Shown: piece by piece, positions 1-8,721 of the stretch
Position numbering within the stretch: the stretch's first letter is position 1
How the letters are laid out: each line of letters opens with the position of its first letter
Assembly: GCA_965204815.1 (NCBI GenBank)
Contig: OZ242014.1
Span: 485,654-549,653, forward strand
Origin: Dehalococcoidia bacterium
Lineage (GTDB): Bacteria; Chloroflexota; Dehalococcoidia; Lucifugimonadales; CATOSD01
DNA length: 64,000 nucleotides
Reading direction: 5' to 3'
Program-made: the position numbers and the translations under genes
Notes under the pieces: model-generated
The model's database searches: none
Told to the model about the DNA's origin: nothing
The model's input: only the letters and a program-made list of their open reading frames with translations

Positions 1-2
1 AC

Positions 3-1292
3 GACGACGACCTGGACGATGCCCGATGGGACGTGAGCTTCGAGGTCGAGGTCCCGCCCGACCTCGGCAGCGGCGTGTACGCCGCGCGCCTTACGGAGGG
101 CGACTCCGAAGACTACGTGCCCTTCTTCGTCCGCCCGGCGGAAGGCGCCGCCCAATCGAAAATCCTGTTGCTCATTCCCACCAACAGCTATCTCACCTAC
201 GCCAACAACCACTCCTACGCCCGCACTGAGTACGCGGGAAGGGTCGCGTGGGAGCCTTCCACACCGCAGGACCTGTACATCGCCGAAAACCACCTGAACA
301 GCACCTACGACGTCCACACCGACGGCTCCCCGGTCTTCTACTCGTCCTGCCGTCGGCCAAATCTCACAATGCGCCCGAAGTACAACTTCTGGTACCTGCG
401 ACTGGGAAGAGGCGGCCCCTGGCAGTTCAATGGCGACCTGCATCTTGTGGACTGGCTGGACGAGCAGGGATACGTCTACGACGTCGCTACCGACGAAGAC
501 CTGCAGATCGAGGGCATGGACCTCCTGAGTCCCTACAACGTCGTGGTAACCGGAAGCCACCCCGAGTACTGGACGAGCCGGGGACTCGACGCGGTGGATG
601 CCTACCTGGCCGCTGGCGGCAGGCTCATGTATCTGGGCGGCAACGGCTTCTTCTCGGTAGTATCCTTTCCGCCGGACAGCACCCACTGCATCGAGATGCG
701 CCGCACGGCGGCGCGGCCCCACGACGAGGCGGGACAGTCCCACCACAGCTTCACCGGCGAGCCGGGAATGAACTGGAACGCCAGGGGCAGGCCGTCGGGT
801 CGAATCCTGGGCGTAGGCTCGTCTACCGGCACCGGCTTCGACTACAGCATGCCCTACCACCGGCTGGAGGATAGCTACGACCCCAGGGCCGCCTTCATCT
901 TCGAAGGCATCGGCAGAGACGAGGTCATCGGAAACTTTGGACTGAAGCAGGGCGGCGCTGGCGGCGTCGAGATAGACCGCGCGGACTACAGCCTGGGCAC
1001 TCCTCCCCACGCGTTGGTCTTGGCCGCCGCCTCCGGGTTTTCCGACCACTACCAGCTCATCATCGAGGCCGAGTCGGTCGGCGACTACTCGCGAGGCAGG
1101 CGTCGCGGCGGAAGCCAGAACCCCCTCGTCAGGTCGGACCTCGTATACTTCGAAGGCCCGGCCGGCGGCGGCGTATTCTCTGTTGGTTCCATAGCCTGGT
1201 GCGGAAGTCTCTCCCACAACGATTACGACAACAACGTGTCCCGTATCACGAAAAACGTCCTCGATCGTTTCGCGTCTGAAGATCGTTATTGA
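3..1292 (+). CDS. N,N-dimethylformamidase beta-subunit family protein (5' truncated by window edge)
   Basis: Open frame from the window start. Motifs LGSGVYAARL, PTNSYLTYAN, STYDVHTDGSPV, GSHPEYW, GGRLMYLGGNGF and GGVFSVGSIAWCGSL are typical of the DMFase large-subunit C-terminal domain. Confidence 0.8.
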   Translation, partial: DDDLDDARWDVSFEVEVPPDLGSGVYAARLTEGDSEDYVPFFVRPAEGAAQSKILLLIPTNSYLTYANNHSYARTEYAGRVAWEPSTPQDLYIAENHLNSTYDVHTDGSPVFYSSCRRPNLTMRPKYNFWYLRLGRGGPWQFNGDLHLVDWLDEQGYVYDVATDEDLQIEGMDLLSPYNVVVTGSHPEYWTSRGLDAVDAYLAAGGRLMYLGGNGFFSVVSFPPDSTHCIEMRRTAARPHDEAGQSHHSFTGEPGMNWNARGRPSGRILGVGSSTGTGFDYSMPYHRLEDSYDPRAAFIFEGIGRDEVIGNFGLKQGGAGGVEIDRADYSLGTPPHALVLAAASGFSDHYQLIIEAESVGDYSRGRRRGGSQNPLVRSDLVYFEGPAGGGVFSVGSIAWCGSLSHNDYDNNVSRITKNVLDRFASEDRY

Positions 1293-1316
1293 TACAGGCT
1301 CAGCACCGCCATACAC

Positions 1317-1346
1317 TTGACAGGCAGCTTGGCTTTGAAGTATAAC
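1317..1346 (+). promoter_or_regulatory. sigma70-type promoter upstream of the ABC operon
   Basis: TTGACA(1317)-N18-TATAAC(1341). Confidence 0.55.
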
Positions 1347-1419
1347 TACGCCGAACTAAATGGAGGCCAAGAGCCGTCCACTGGTTCGCCATGTGAGGAC
1401 AACCAAAAGGAGGAGATCA

Positions 1420-3195
1420 GTGAAGGTCTTTAGACTGATACCATTCATCGCGGTGCTTGCGCTGTTCGCGGCGCTGGCGCTGGCGTGTTCGGCCGCAGAG
1501 CCGGAAGAGCGCCAGCAGCCACAGGCGCCGGCCCCCGCCGCTCCGGCGGCTCAGGCGCAGCAACAGGCCCCGGCCGCTCCGGCCGCTCCTGCGATGCCGG
1601 CCCCCGCCGCCGCTGCTCAGACCGCACCCGAGACTATGGTGCGCACGCAGCCCGAGGCGCCCGCGGCCCCCGGCACTACGCAGCGCGCTATTCCGCAGGA
1701 GGCAGGTGCTAAGGAGGGCGGCACGCTCGTCTTCGCGCTCGCGGCCTCGGTCAAGGCGCTCGACCCCGTGTGGACGACGGCTGGCGTGACCTGGGAAATC
1801 TCCAGGCACCTCTACGAGTTCCCGCTGAGGCTCGACACCGTTGGAGCGTTCCACAACAACATGTTCGACAGCTGGGAGATCAGCGACGATCAGTTGACCT
1901 GGACTTTCACCCTGCGCGACGATCTCAGCTTTGAGGACGGCGACCAGCTTACGACCGATGACTTCATCGCGTCCTCTTTCCGCTGGGCGGAGCGCATCAC
2001 CAGGGGCATCGCCCTCTTCCAGCGCTCGGTTGCCGGCAACAACTCCGCTGAGAGCATGTCCAAGGTGGACGACCTTACCTTCAAGATTCACCTCAAGGAG
2101 CCGTTCGCCGTAACGTCTCTGGGCTTCGGCCAGCAGCCCCTCATGATGAAACAGGAAATCGCGGGCACCGTCAGCCCCCACGACCGCATCGACGACTTCA
2201 TCGCATCCGGTCCCTGGCGGCTGGATAACTGGGCTCCCGGACACCGCTTCGACCTGCTACCCAGGGAAGGTTTCCCCGCTGGCGTCTTCCCCGAGGGCGA
2301 GAGCGTGCTGCTCGACCAGCTCCAGATCGTCGAGATTCCGGACAAGACCACGATCCTGGCAGGCCTGAAGACGGGCAAGATCCACTACGGAACCTTCATG
2401 CCCTTCCACTTCTGGCCCGAAGTCAAGGACGACCCCAAGCTCAGCACCTGGGTTCTCCCCGGAGGCTCCACGCCTGTCGTCCTCTTCAACCACACCAAGC
2501 TTCCCTTTAGCAACCTTAAGGCCCGCCAGGCGATACAGGCCGCGCTCGACGCCGACGACTGGATGCCAGCCTATGGTCCCACCGACCTGTGGAGCACCTG
2601 CGGCGCCATCTTCATCTGCGGCACGCCCAACGAGAGCGACGTCGCCCTTGAGCTCTACGACCAGGACGACTTGGAGAAGGCCCAGAGCCTGTTCAACGAG
2701 TTCGTACAAGAGACCGGCTGGGACCCCTCCACACCCATAATCATCCTGGGCAACACCAGCTACCAGGAGATGCGTGACATCAGCATCGTCAACAAGACGG
2801 TCACCGAGTCGGTCGGATTCAACGTCGACCTTCAGCAGCCCGACTGGGCGACGGCGGTAACCTTCCGCCAGGACCCCGAGTACTGGGACATGTTCCACAC
2901 AAGCTGCTGCGGCGTGCCGAGCAACAACCCGGTCACCAACTGGTACCTCAATCCCAAGACCTACGGCTGGCACGACAACCTGGAGATCGAGGAGCTGAAG
3001 TCGCAGTACTCCCGCACCTCGGATCCGGCGGAGCAGAGGCGAATCTCCGACGCCGTGCAGAAGTCGTACTACGAGAACGTCACGCACATGATCCCGGGCA
3101 ACATCACCGGCTACAACATCATCAACGCCAACGTCCGGGGCGTGCACGACCACCACTGGAACACCCGCATGACCGGAGTGTGGTTCGACAACTAA
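1420..3195 (+). CDS. ABC transporter family-5 (peptide/nickel) substrate-binding lipoprotein
   Basis: GTG at 1420 after AGGAGGAG. Lipobox LALAC, Pro/Ala/Gln linker, and motifs LDPVWTT, SWEISDDQLTWTFTLR, SGPW and PFSNLKARQA. Confidence 0.9.
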   Translation: MKVFRLIPFIAVLALFAALALACSAAEPEERQQPQAPAPAAPAAQAQQQAPAAPAAPAMPAPAAAAQTAPETMVRTQPEAPAAPGTTQRAIPQEAGAKEGGTLVFALAASVKALDPVWTTAGVTWEISRHLYEFPLRLDTVGAFHNNMFDSWEISDDQLTWTFTLRDDLSFEDGDQLTTDDFIASSFRWAERITRGIALFQRSVAGNNSAESMSKVDDLTFKIHLKEPFAVTSLGFGQQPLMMKQEIAGTVSPHDRIDDFIASGPWRLDNWAPGHRFDLLPREGFPAGVFPEGESVLLDQLQIVEIPDKTTILAGLKTGKIHYGTFMPFHFWPEVKDDPKLSTWVLPGGSTPVVLFNHTKLPFSNLKARQAIQAALDADDWMPAYGPTDLWSTCGAIFICGTPNESDVALELYDQDDLEKAQSLFNEFVQETGWDPSTPIIILGNTSYQEMRDISIVNKTVTESVGFNVDLQQPDWATAVTFRQDPEYWDMFHTSCCGVPSNNPVTNWYLNPKTYGWHDNLEIEELKSQYSRTSDPAEQRRISDAVQKSYYENVTHMIPGNITGYNIINANVRGVHDHHWNTRMTGVWFDN

Positions 3196-3208
3196 TCTGG
3201 ACTAGCCC

Positions 3209-3240
3209 AGACGGGCCGGAGGTCGACCCCCGGCCCGTCT
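3209..3240 (+). terminator. hairpin after first SBP (terminator or mRNA-stabilising stem)
   Basis: AGACGGGCCGG...CCGGCCCGTCT inverted repeat followed by GCGTTGTT. Confidence 0.55.
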
Positions 3241-3452
3241 GCGTTGTTAGTGCCCACCGCGCACAAACAAACCGCGCAAGGCGATCAATTGAAGGCGTCC
3301 CTGTTACGGGGGCGTCTTCTAGGCTATTCTGAGTTAAGAGGGGGCGCAGGGAAAAAAAAGAAACAGTTTCGAGCGAATAAGGCCCTGTCCGGCGGCGAGA
3401 CCTCGGGCTGGGTCAGGAAGAGATACAGACACCTGAGACAGGAGGTAGGCGA

Positions 3453-5231
3453 GTGAAGATAACGAGATTGCTACCATTTATCGCGGTGCTTGCGCTGTTC
3501 GCGGCACTGGCGATGGCCTGCTCGGCCGCCGAACCGGAGGCGCGGCAGCAGCCGCAAGCCCCCGCCCCGGCCGCCCCCGCGGCGCAAGCGCAACAGCAGG
3601 CCCCGGCCGCCCCGGCCGCGCCCGCCATGCCCGCGCCCGCTGCCGCGGCAGTAGCCGCCCCCGAGCAGAGGCAGGAGACCCAGCCGGTGGCCCCCGTCGC
3701 ACCGTCTCAGCGCCCAGCGCGCGTGGTGCCGCAGGAGACAGGCATGATGGAAGGCGGCAAGGCCACCTTCGCGCTCGGCGCCTCCGTGAAGACCATCGAC
3801 CCCGTGTGGACCACCGCCACCGTCACCTACGAGGTGTCGCTGCACCTCTACGAGTTCCCGTTCAGGCAAGACCCCGGCGGCGCGCTCCACAACAACATGT
3901 TCGATAGCTGGGAAATCAGCGACGACCAGCTCACCTGGACCTTCAAGCTGCGCGACGACATGAGCTTCGAGGACGGCGACCAGCTCACCTCCGACGACTT
4001 CATCGACTCCACCTTCCGCTGGGCCGAGCGCATCACCGCCGGAATCGCGCTGATGCAGCGCTCCGTGGCGGGCAACAACTCCCCCGAGAGCATGGCGAAG
4101 ATCGACGACCTCACCTTCGAGATCTACCTCAAGGAACCCTTCGCCGTCACCTCTCTCGGACTGGGCCAGGCGCCCCTCATGATGAAGTCCGAGATTGCCA
4201 GCGCCGTCAGCCCACACGACCGAGTGGACGACTTCGTCGCCTCCGGCCCTTGGAAGCTGGCCAACTGGACGCCCGGCCACCGCTTCGACATGGAACCCCG
4301 CGAGGGCTTCCCTCCGGGCATCTACCCCGAGGGTGAGCGCGTGCTGCTCGACGCGCTGGAAATCGTGGAGATCCCCGACAAGACCACCATCCTGGCCGGT
4401 CTGAAGACGGGCAAGATCCACTACACCACCGGCACTCCGCCGCACTTCTGGCCCGAGGTCAAGGACGACGCCAAGCTGTCCACCTTCGTATACCCCGCGG
4501 GCTACACGCCCGTGCTGCTGATGAACCACACCAAGCTGCCGTTCAGCAACCTGAAGGCTCGCCAGGCCATGCAGGCCGCGATGGACGCCGAGTCGATCAT
4601 GGCCGCCCACAACCCGCGAGACCTCTGGAGCCTCTGCGGCGCCATCTTCATCTGCGGCACGCCCAACGAGAGCGACGTATCGCTGGAACTGTACAACCAG
4701 AACGACATGGAAAAGGCCAAGCAGCTCTTCCAGGAGTTCCTGGATGAGACCGGCTGGGACGCCAACACCGAGATAGTCATCCTCGGCGACACCAGCTACA
4801 CCACCCACCGCGACCGCGGCATCGTCAACGCCGCCGCCGCCAGGGAGATCGGCTTCAAGGTCGACCTCCAGCAGCCCGACTGGGCAACAGCGGTAACCTT
4901 CCGCCAGGACCCCGAGTACTGGGACCTGTTCCACACCGGCTGCTGTGGCGTGCCGACCAACAACCCCGTGCTCAACTGGTACCTCAACCCCAAGACCTAC
5001 GGCTGGCACGACAACCTCGAGATCGAGGAGCTCAAGACGCAGTACTCACGCACCAGCGACCCCGCCGAGCAGAGGCGCCTGGTGGACGCGGTGCAGAAGT
5101 CGTACTACGAGAACGTGACTCACCGCATCCCGGGCAACGTGGTCAGCTACACCGTCATCAACGGCAACCTGAACGGCGTACACGACTACTACCACCGCAC
5201 CCGCATGACCGGAGTGTGGTTCAGCCAGTAG
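3453..5231 (+). CDS. second, paralogous family-5 ABC substrate-binding lipoprotein
   Basis: GTG after GGAGGTAGG; collinear and highly similar to 1420-3195. Confidence 0.9.
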   Translation: MKITRLLPFIAVLALFAALAMACSAAEPEARQQPQAPAPAAPAAQAQQQAPAAPAAPAMPAPAAAAVAAPEQRQETQPVAPVAPSQRPARVVPQETGMMEGGKATFALGASVKTIDPVWTTATVTYEVSLHLYEFPFRQDPGGALHNNMFDSWEISDDQLTWTFKLRDDMSFEDGDQLTSDDFIDSTFRWAERITAGIALMQRSVAGNNSPESMAKIDDLTFEIYLKEPFAVTSLGLGQAPLMMKSEIASAVSPHDRVDDFVASGPWKLANWTPGHRFDMEPREGFPPGIYPEGERVLLDALEIVEIPDKTTILAGLKTGKIHYTTGTPPHFWPEVKDDAKLSTFVYPAGYTPVLLMNHTKLPFSNLKARQAMQAAMDAESIMAAHNPRDLWSLCGAIFICGTPNESDVSLELYNQNDMEKAKQLFQEFLDETGWDANTEIVILGDTSYTTHRDRGIVNAAAAREIGFKVDLQQPDWATAVTFRQDPEYWDLFHTGCCGVPTNNPVLNWYLNPKTYGWHDNLEIEELKTQYSRTSDPAEQRRLVDAVQKSYYENVTHRIPGNVVSYTVINGNLNGVHDYYHRTRMTGVWFSQ

Positions 5232-5272
5232 CGCCGAGCGCCCATAGGCCGTAGGGCCATAGGCAACGAACC

Positions 5273-5320
5273 CCGCCTGTCCCGGGAGTGCATCCACACC
5301 GGGGCAGGCGGTCTCTTTTC
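5273..5320 (+). terminator. rho-independent terminator
   Basis: CCGCCTGTCCCGG...CCGGGGCAGGCGG followed by TCTCTTTT. Confidence 0.7.
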
Positions 5321-5474
5321 AAAGTCCCTTCCCCCTCGCGGAGGGAAGGTTAGAGCCATCCCCCGCTCTCGCGGGGGATGGGGGTGACGCCCCCCGCGGC
5401 GCGTTTGCGGCGCCGCGCCGTTGTGTGGTAGCCTTAGCCACTATCGAGCCGTCGAAGATGACGCGGAGGACGGA

Positions 5475-6416
5475 ATGCAAAGGTACATCGTAAAGCGCTT
5501 GCTGGCGGCCATACCCACGATGATAATCGTCGGTGTCGTCGTGTTCGGCGCCATACACCTCGCGCCGGGAGACCCCGCCTCGGTAATCGTCGGTGACGAG
5601 GCCACCCCCGAAATGGTCGAGAAGATGCGCGAAGACATGGGCCTCAACAAGCCCATCATCGTGCAGTTCGGAATCTACATCAGGCAGATAGCAACCCTTC
5701 AGCTCGGAGAGTCCGTATTCTCCGGCCACAAGGTCTCCTTCCTCCTGTCGCAGCGGCTCCAGCCCACCCTGTCCCTCGCGTCGATGGGGCTGACCATGGC
5801 CATCGTAATCGCCGTGCCGCTGGGAGTGCTGGCCGCCTGGAAGTTCAACACCTGGATCGACCGGGTCGTGATGATCTTCGCCCTGGTCGGCTATGCCGTC
5901 CCCTACTTCTTCCTCGGCTACATGCTCCTGTGGGCCTTCGCGGTGCGCGTGCACATATTCCCCGCGGGCGGCTACACCTACTTCGGCGAAGACTTCGGCC
6001 AGTGGCTGCACGGGCTGCTGTTGCCCGCCATGCTGCTGGGCATAACCGGAGCCGCGCTCATCACCCGCATGACCCGCGCCACCATGCTCGAGGTGCTCAA
6101 AGAAGACTACGTGAGGACGGCGCGCGCCAAGGGCGTGGCCGAGCAACTCGTGCTGCTCAGGCACGCGCTGCGCAACGCCGCCAACCCCATTCTCACCATC
6201 ATCGGCTTCAGCATCGCCGGACTCATCACCGGCGTCGTGATAACCGAGACGGTGTTCGCAATACCCGGCATCGGCCGCCTCATCGTCGACGCGATCGCCC
6301 AGCGCGACTACCCGATCATCCAGAGCATGGCCTTGGTGGTCGCCGCGGTCTACGTCCTGGTTAACCTCATCATCGACGTTATGTACGTCTATGTAGACCC
6401 GAGGATTCGATACTGA
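5475..6416 (+). CDS. ABC permease, DppB/OppB family
   Basis: ATG 5475 after GGAGGA. YIVKRLL, APGDPA and EAA loop EDYVRTARAKG, RDYPIIQ. Confidence 0.9.
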   Translation: MQRYIVKRLLAAIPTMIIVGVVVFGAIHLAPGDPASVIVGDEATPEMVEKMREDMGLNKPIIVQFGIYIRQIATLQLGESVFSGHKVSFLLSQRLQPTLSLASMGLTMAIVIAVPLGVLAAWKFNTWIDRVVMIFALVGYAVPYFFLGYMLLWAFAVRVHIFPAGGYTYFGEDFGQWLHGLLLPAMLLGITGAALITRMTRATMLEVLKEDYVRTARAKGVAEQLVLLRHALRNAANPILTIIGFSIAGLITGVVITETVFAIPGIGRLIVDAIAQRDYPIIQSMALVVAAVYVLVNLIIDVMYVYVDPRIRY

Positions 6417-7324
6417 TGGCAATGCAAGGCGGCAGTTTCGCAGCGGTAACCGAGGCGCAGCTAACCGGGCTCAGGCCAAAGCAGCCCCTCGTCAAGCAGG
6501 TGTGGACCACCCTGCTCAGCAACCCCAACATGCTCGTTGGGCTCATCATCGTGCTCTTCTTCGGCGTCGTGGCCGTTACGGCGCCGATCATAACGTTCAT
6601 CAACCCCTACGAGCTCAACATGAGCGAGAGGCTTGTGGGCCCCAGCGGCATCCACTGGTTCGGCACCGACAGCCTGGGACGCGACCTCTACGGCCTCGTC
6701 GCCTACGGCGCGCGCATCTCCCTGTTCGTCGGCGCTTCCGTCGCCATAGCCAGCTCCGTCGTCGGCGTCTTCATCGGCGTCACCGCCGGCTACTTCCGCT
6801 GGCTCGACGACATCGTCATGCGCTTCATGGACGGCCTCATGGCCATCCCCGGCATCCTCTTCGCCATCGTGCTCATGGCCCTCCTGGGCGGCAGCCTCTT
6901 CAACGTCATCATCGCCATCACCGTGGTAGACAGCCCACGCACCGCCCGCCTCATCCGCTCCGCCGTGCTCAGCATACGCGAGCAGATGTACATCGAGGCC
7001 GCGCGCGCTTTCGGCGCCCCATCCTGGCGCATCCTCTTCTACCACGTCATGCCCAACACCTTCGCGCCCCTCATCGTGCAGGCCACCTTCCTGTTCGCCA
7101 CCGCCATCCTGGTCGAGGCCAGCCTCAGCTTCCTCGGCGCCGGCGTCCCGCCCACCACCCCCACCTGGGGCAACACCATCGGCGAGGGCCGCACCCACGC
7201 GCTCACCGCGCCCTGGGTCGTCTTCTTCCCCGGCCTCGCGCTCTTCCTCGTCAGCATGGCCGTCAACCTCTTCGGCGACGGCCTCCGCGACAAGCTCGAC
7301 CCCAAACTCCGCGGCAGAGGCTAA
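6416..7324 (+). CDS. ABC permease, DppC/OppC family
   Basis: HWFGTDSLGRD, YGARISL, YIEAARAFGA and GDGLRDKLDP; overlaps the stop of the previous gene. Confidence 0.9.
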   Translation: MAMQGGSFAAVTEAQLTGLRPKQPLVKQVWTTLLSNPNMLVGLIIVLFFGVVAVTAPIITFINPYELNMSERLVGPSGIHWFGTDSLGRDLYGLVAYGARISLFVGASVAIASSVVGVFIGVTAGYFRWLDDIVMRFMDGLMAIPGILFAIVLMALLGGSLFNVIIAITVVDSPRTARLIRSAVLSIREQMYIEAARAFGAPSWRILFYHVMPNTFAPLIVQATFLFATAILVEASLSFLGAGVPPTTPTWGNTIGEGRTHALTAPWVVFFPGLALFLVSMAVNLFGDGLRDKLDPKLRGRG

Positions 7325-7334
7325 TTCCCGCAAT

Positions 7335-7546
7335 CCCCTCTCCCTTGATGGGTGAGGGTGAACGAAGAGCGCACTACCGCTAGTCCCTTCCCCCTCGACG
7401 GGGGAAGGCTAGGATGGGGGTGACGAACAGCCCGCCACCACTAATCACCTCTCCCTCGATGGGAGAGGGCCAGGGTGAGGGTGAACGAAAAGCCCGCCAC
7501 CGCTAATCACCTCTCCCTCGATGGGAGAGGGCCAGGGTGAGGGTGA
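7335..7546 (+). repeat. family-B REP-like palindromes (4 copies) upstream of ssrA
   Basis: CCCTCTCCC-N5-GGGAGAGGG-N3-GGGTGAGGGTG plus the variant CCTTCCCCC-N5-GGGGGAAGG-N3-GGATGGGGGTG. Confidence 0.9.
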
Positions 7547-7549
7547 CTG

Positions 7550-7558
7550 TGCTATAAT
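7550..7558 (+). promoter_or_regulatory. extended -10 promoter of ssrA
   Basis: TGCTATAAT ending 11 nt before the tmRNA 5' end. Confidence 0.7.
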
Positions 7559-7569
7559 ACCCCCGATGT

Positions 7570-7924
7570 GGGGACGCGCGGGTTCGACAGGGGAAGTTCT
7601 TGCGGGATTGCAGGCCGAGACGCCATCCACCTCGTTAAACGGTGGCAAAAAGAAGTAACTGGCGACAGAGAACTTCAGCTAGCCGCCTAACCGCGGCTAC
7701 GTCCACCCCCTCCTTACCCCGAGGGAGCGGACTGGGCGACGCAATTCGGGGTGCTGTCCGGGCAGACGCCGATACCCCGGACCCAAGACCATCGGCTGGC
7801 CTTTGCGGTTGCCCCCGCCGGCAGAGGGCCGCAGAGGTAAGAACAATCCGCTGGCTAAGCCTGTAGCATATCCCAGCCAAGGTTTCTTCTGGACGGGGAG
7901 TTCGACCCTCCCCCGTCTCCACCA
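7570..7924 (+). ncRNA. ssrA: tmRNA
   Basis: 5' GGGGAC..GGTTCGAC pairs with 3' GTCTCC-A-CCA (G:U at position 3, Ala identity). T-arm GGGAGTTCGACCCTCCC. Tag ORF 7661-7690 encodes GDRELQLAA* after AGTAACT. Confidence 0.95.
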
Positions 7925-7962
7925 CCCCCCATTCGCCAGAAACAACATCCGCGCCGCCGCTC

Positions 7963-8124
7963 GTCCCCTCTCCCTCGACGGGAGAGGGCTAGGGTGAGGG
8001 TGATAATGAGGGCGCTACCGCTCGTCCCCTCTCCCTCGATGGGAGAGGGTCAGGGTGAGGGTGGACAATGAGCGCGCTACCGCTCGTCCCCTCTCCCTTG
8101 ATGGGAGAGGGCCAGGGTGAGGGT
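7963..8124 (+). repeat. family-B tandem array (3 copies, ~61-bp period)
   Basis: Direct copies of the palindrome with near-identical linkers (..ATGAGCGCGCTACCGCTC). Confidence 0.9.
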
Positions 8125-8128
8125 AAAG

Positions 8129-8554
8129 ATGAGCCAGGTCGAAAGGGCGCGAAGCCTGAGAAAACAATCAACCGACGCCGAGCGCGTTCTGTGGAAGAAC
8201 CTTCGCCGCCGCGAACTCGCCGGGTGGAAATTCCGTCGGCAGGCGCCGATAGGCCCATACATCGTGGACTTCGTGACGTTCGATGGGAAGCTGATTGTCG
8301 AGGCGGATGGTGGCCAGCACGCCGAAAGCAAGCAACGTGACGAAAAACGAACAGCTTGGCTATCGAAAGAGGGTTTCCGTATCCTCAGGTTCTGGAACAA
8401 CGACGTGCTCACCAACACCGGAGCGGTCCTCGAAACCATCAGAGTCGAGTTGGAAGGCAACGAGTCCCCTCTCCCTCGATGGGAGAGGGCCAGGGTGAGG
8501 GTGACAATGAGCGCGCCGCCGCTCGTCCCCTCTCCCTCGATGGGAGAGGGCTAG
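8129..8554 (+). CDS. DUF559 / Vsr-like (PD-(D/E)xK) endonuclease
   Basis: ARSLRKQSTDAERVLW..KFRRQAPIGPYIVDF..LIVEADGGQH..RD..L..GFRILRFWN. It has no stop of its own; the frame ends at a TAG inside the second downstream repeat. Confidence 0.9.
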   Translation: MSQVERARSLRKQSTDAERVLWKNLRRRELAGWKFRRQAPIGPYIVDFVTFDGKLIVEADGGQHAESKQRDEKRTAWLSKEGFRILRFWNNDVLTNTGAVLETIRVELEGNESPLPRWERARVRVTMSAPPLVPSPSMGEG

Positions 8555-8687
8555 GGTGAGGGTGACAATGAGCGCGCCGCCGCTCGTCCCCTCTCCCTCG
8601 ATGGGAGAGGGCTAGGGTGAGGGTGACAATGAGCGCGCTACCGCTCGTCCCCTCTCCCTTGACGGGAGAGGGTCAGGGTGAGGGTGA
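8464..8687 (+). repeat. family-B tandem array (4 copies, 61-bp period)
   Basis: Copies start at 8464, 8525, 8586 and 8647. Confidence 0.9.
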
Positions 8688-8721
8688 AAGATCAGCGGCA
8701 TCCACCGTCAAGGAGCCTTAC

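Noticed and set aside
7895..7960. Prophage or island integrated at the ssrA 3' end
   Set aside because: No integrase, and no second copy of the tmRNA 3' end was seen in the window.
7963..8687. Regular ~61-bp periodic repeats resembling a CRISPR array next to a nuclease
   Set aside because: The spacers are near-identical, copies are scattered singly in both orientations across the window, and no cas genes are present.
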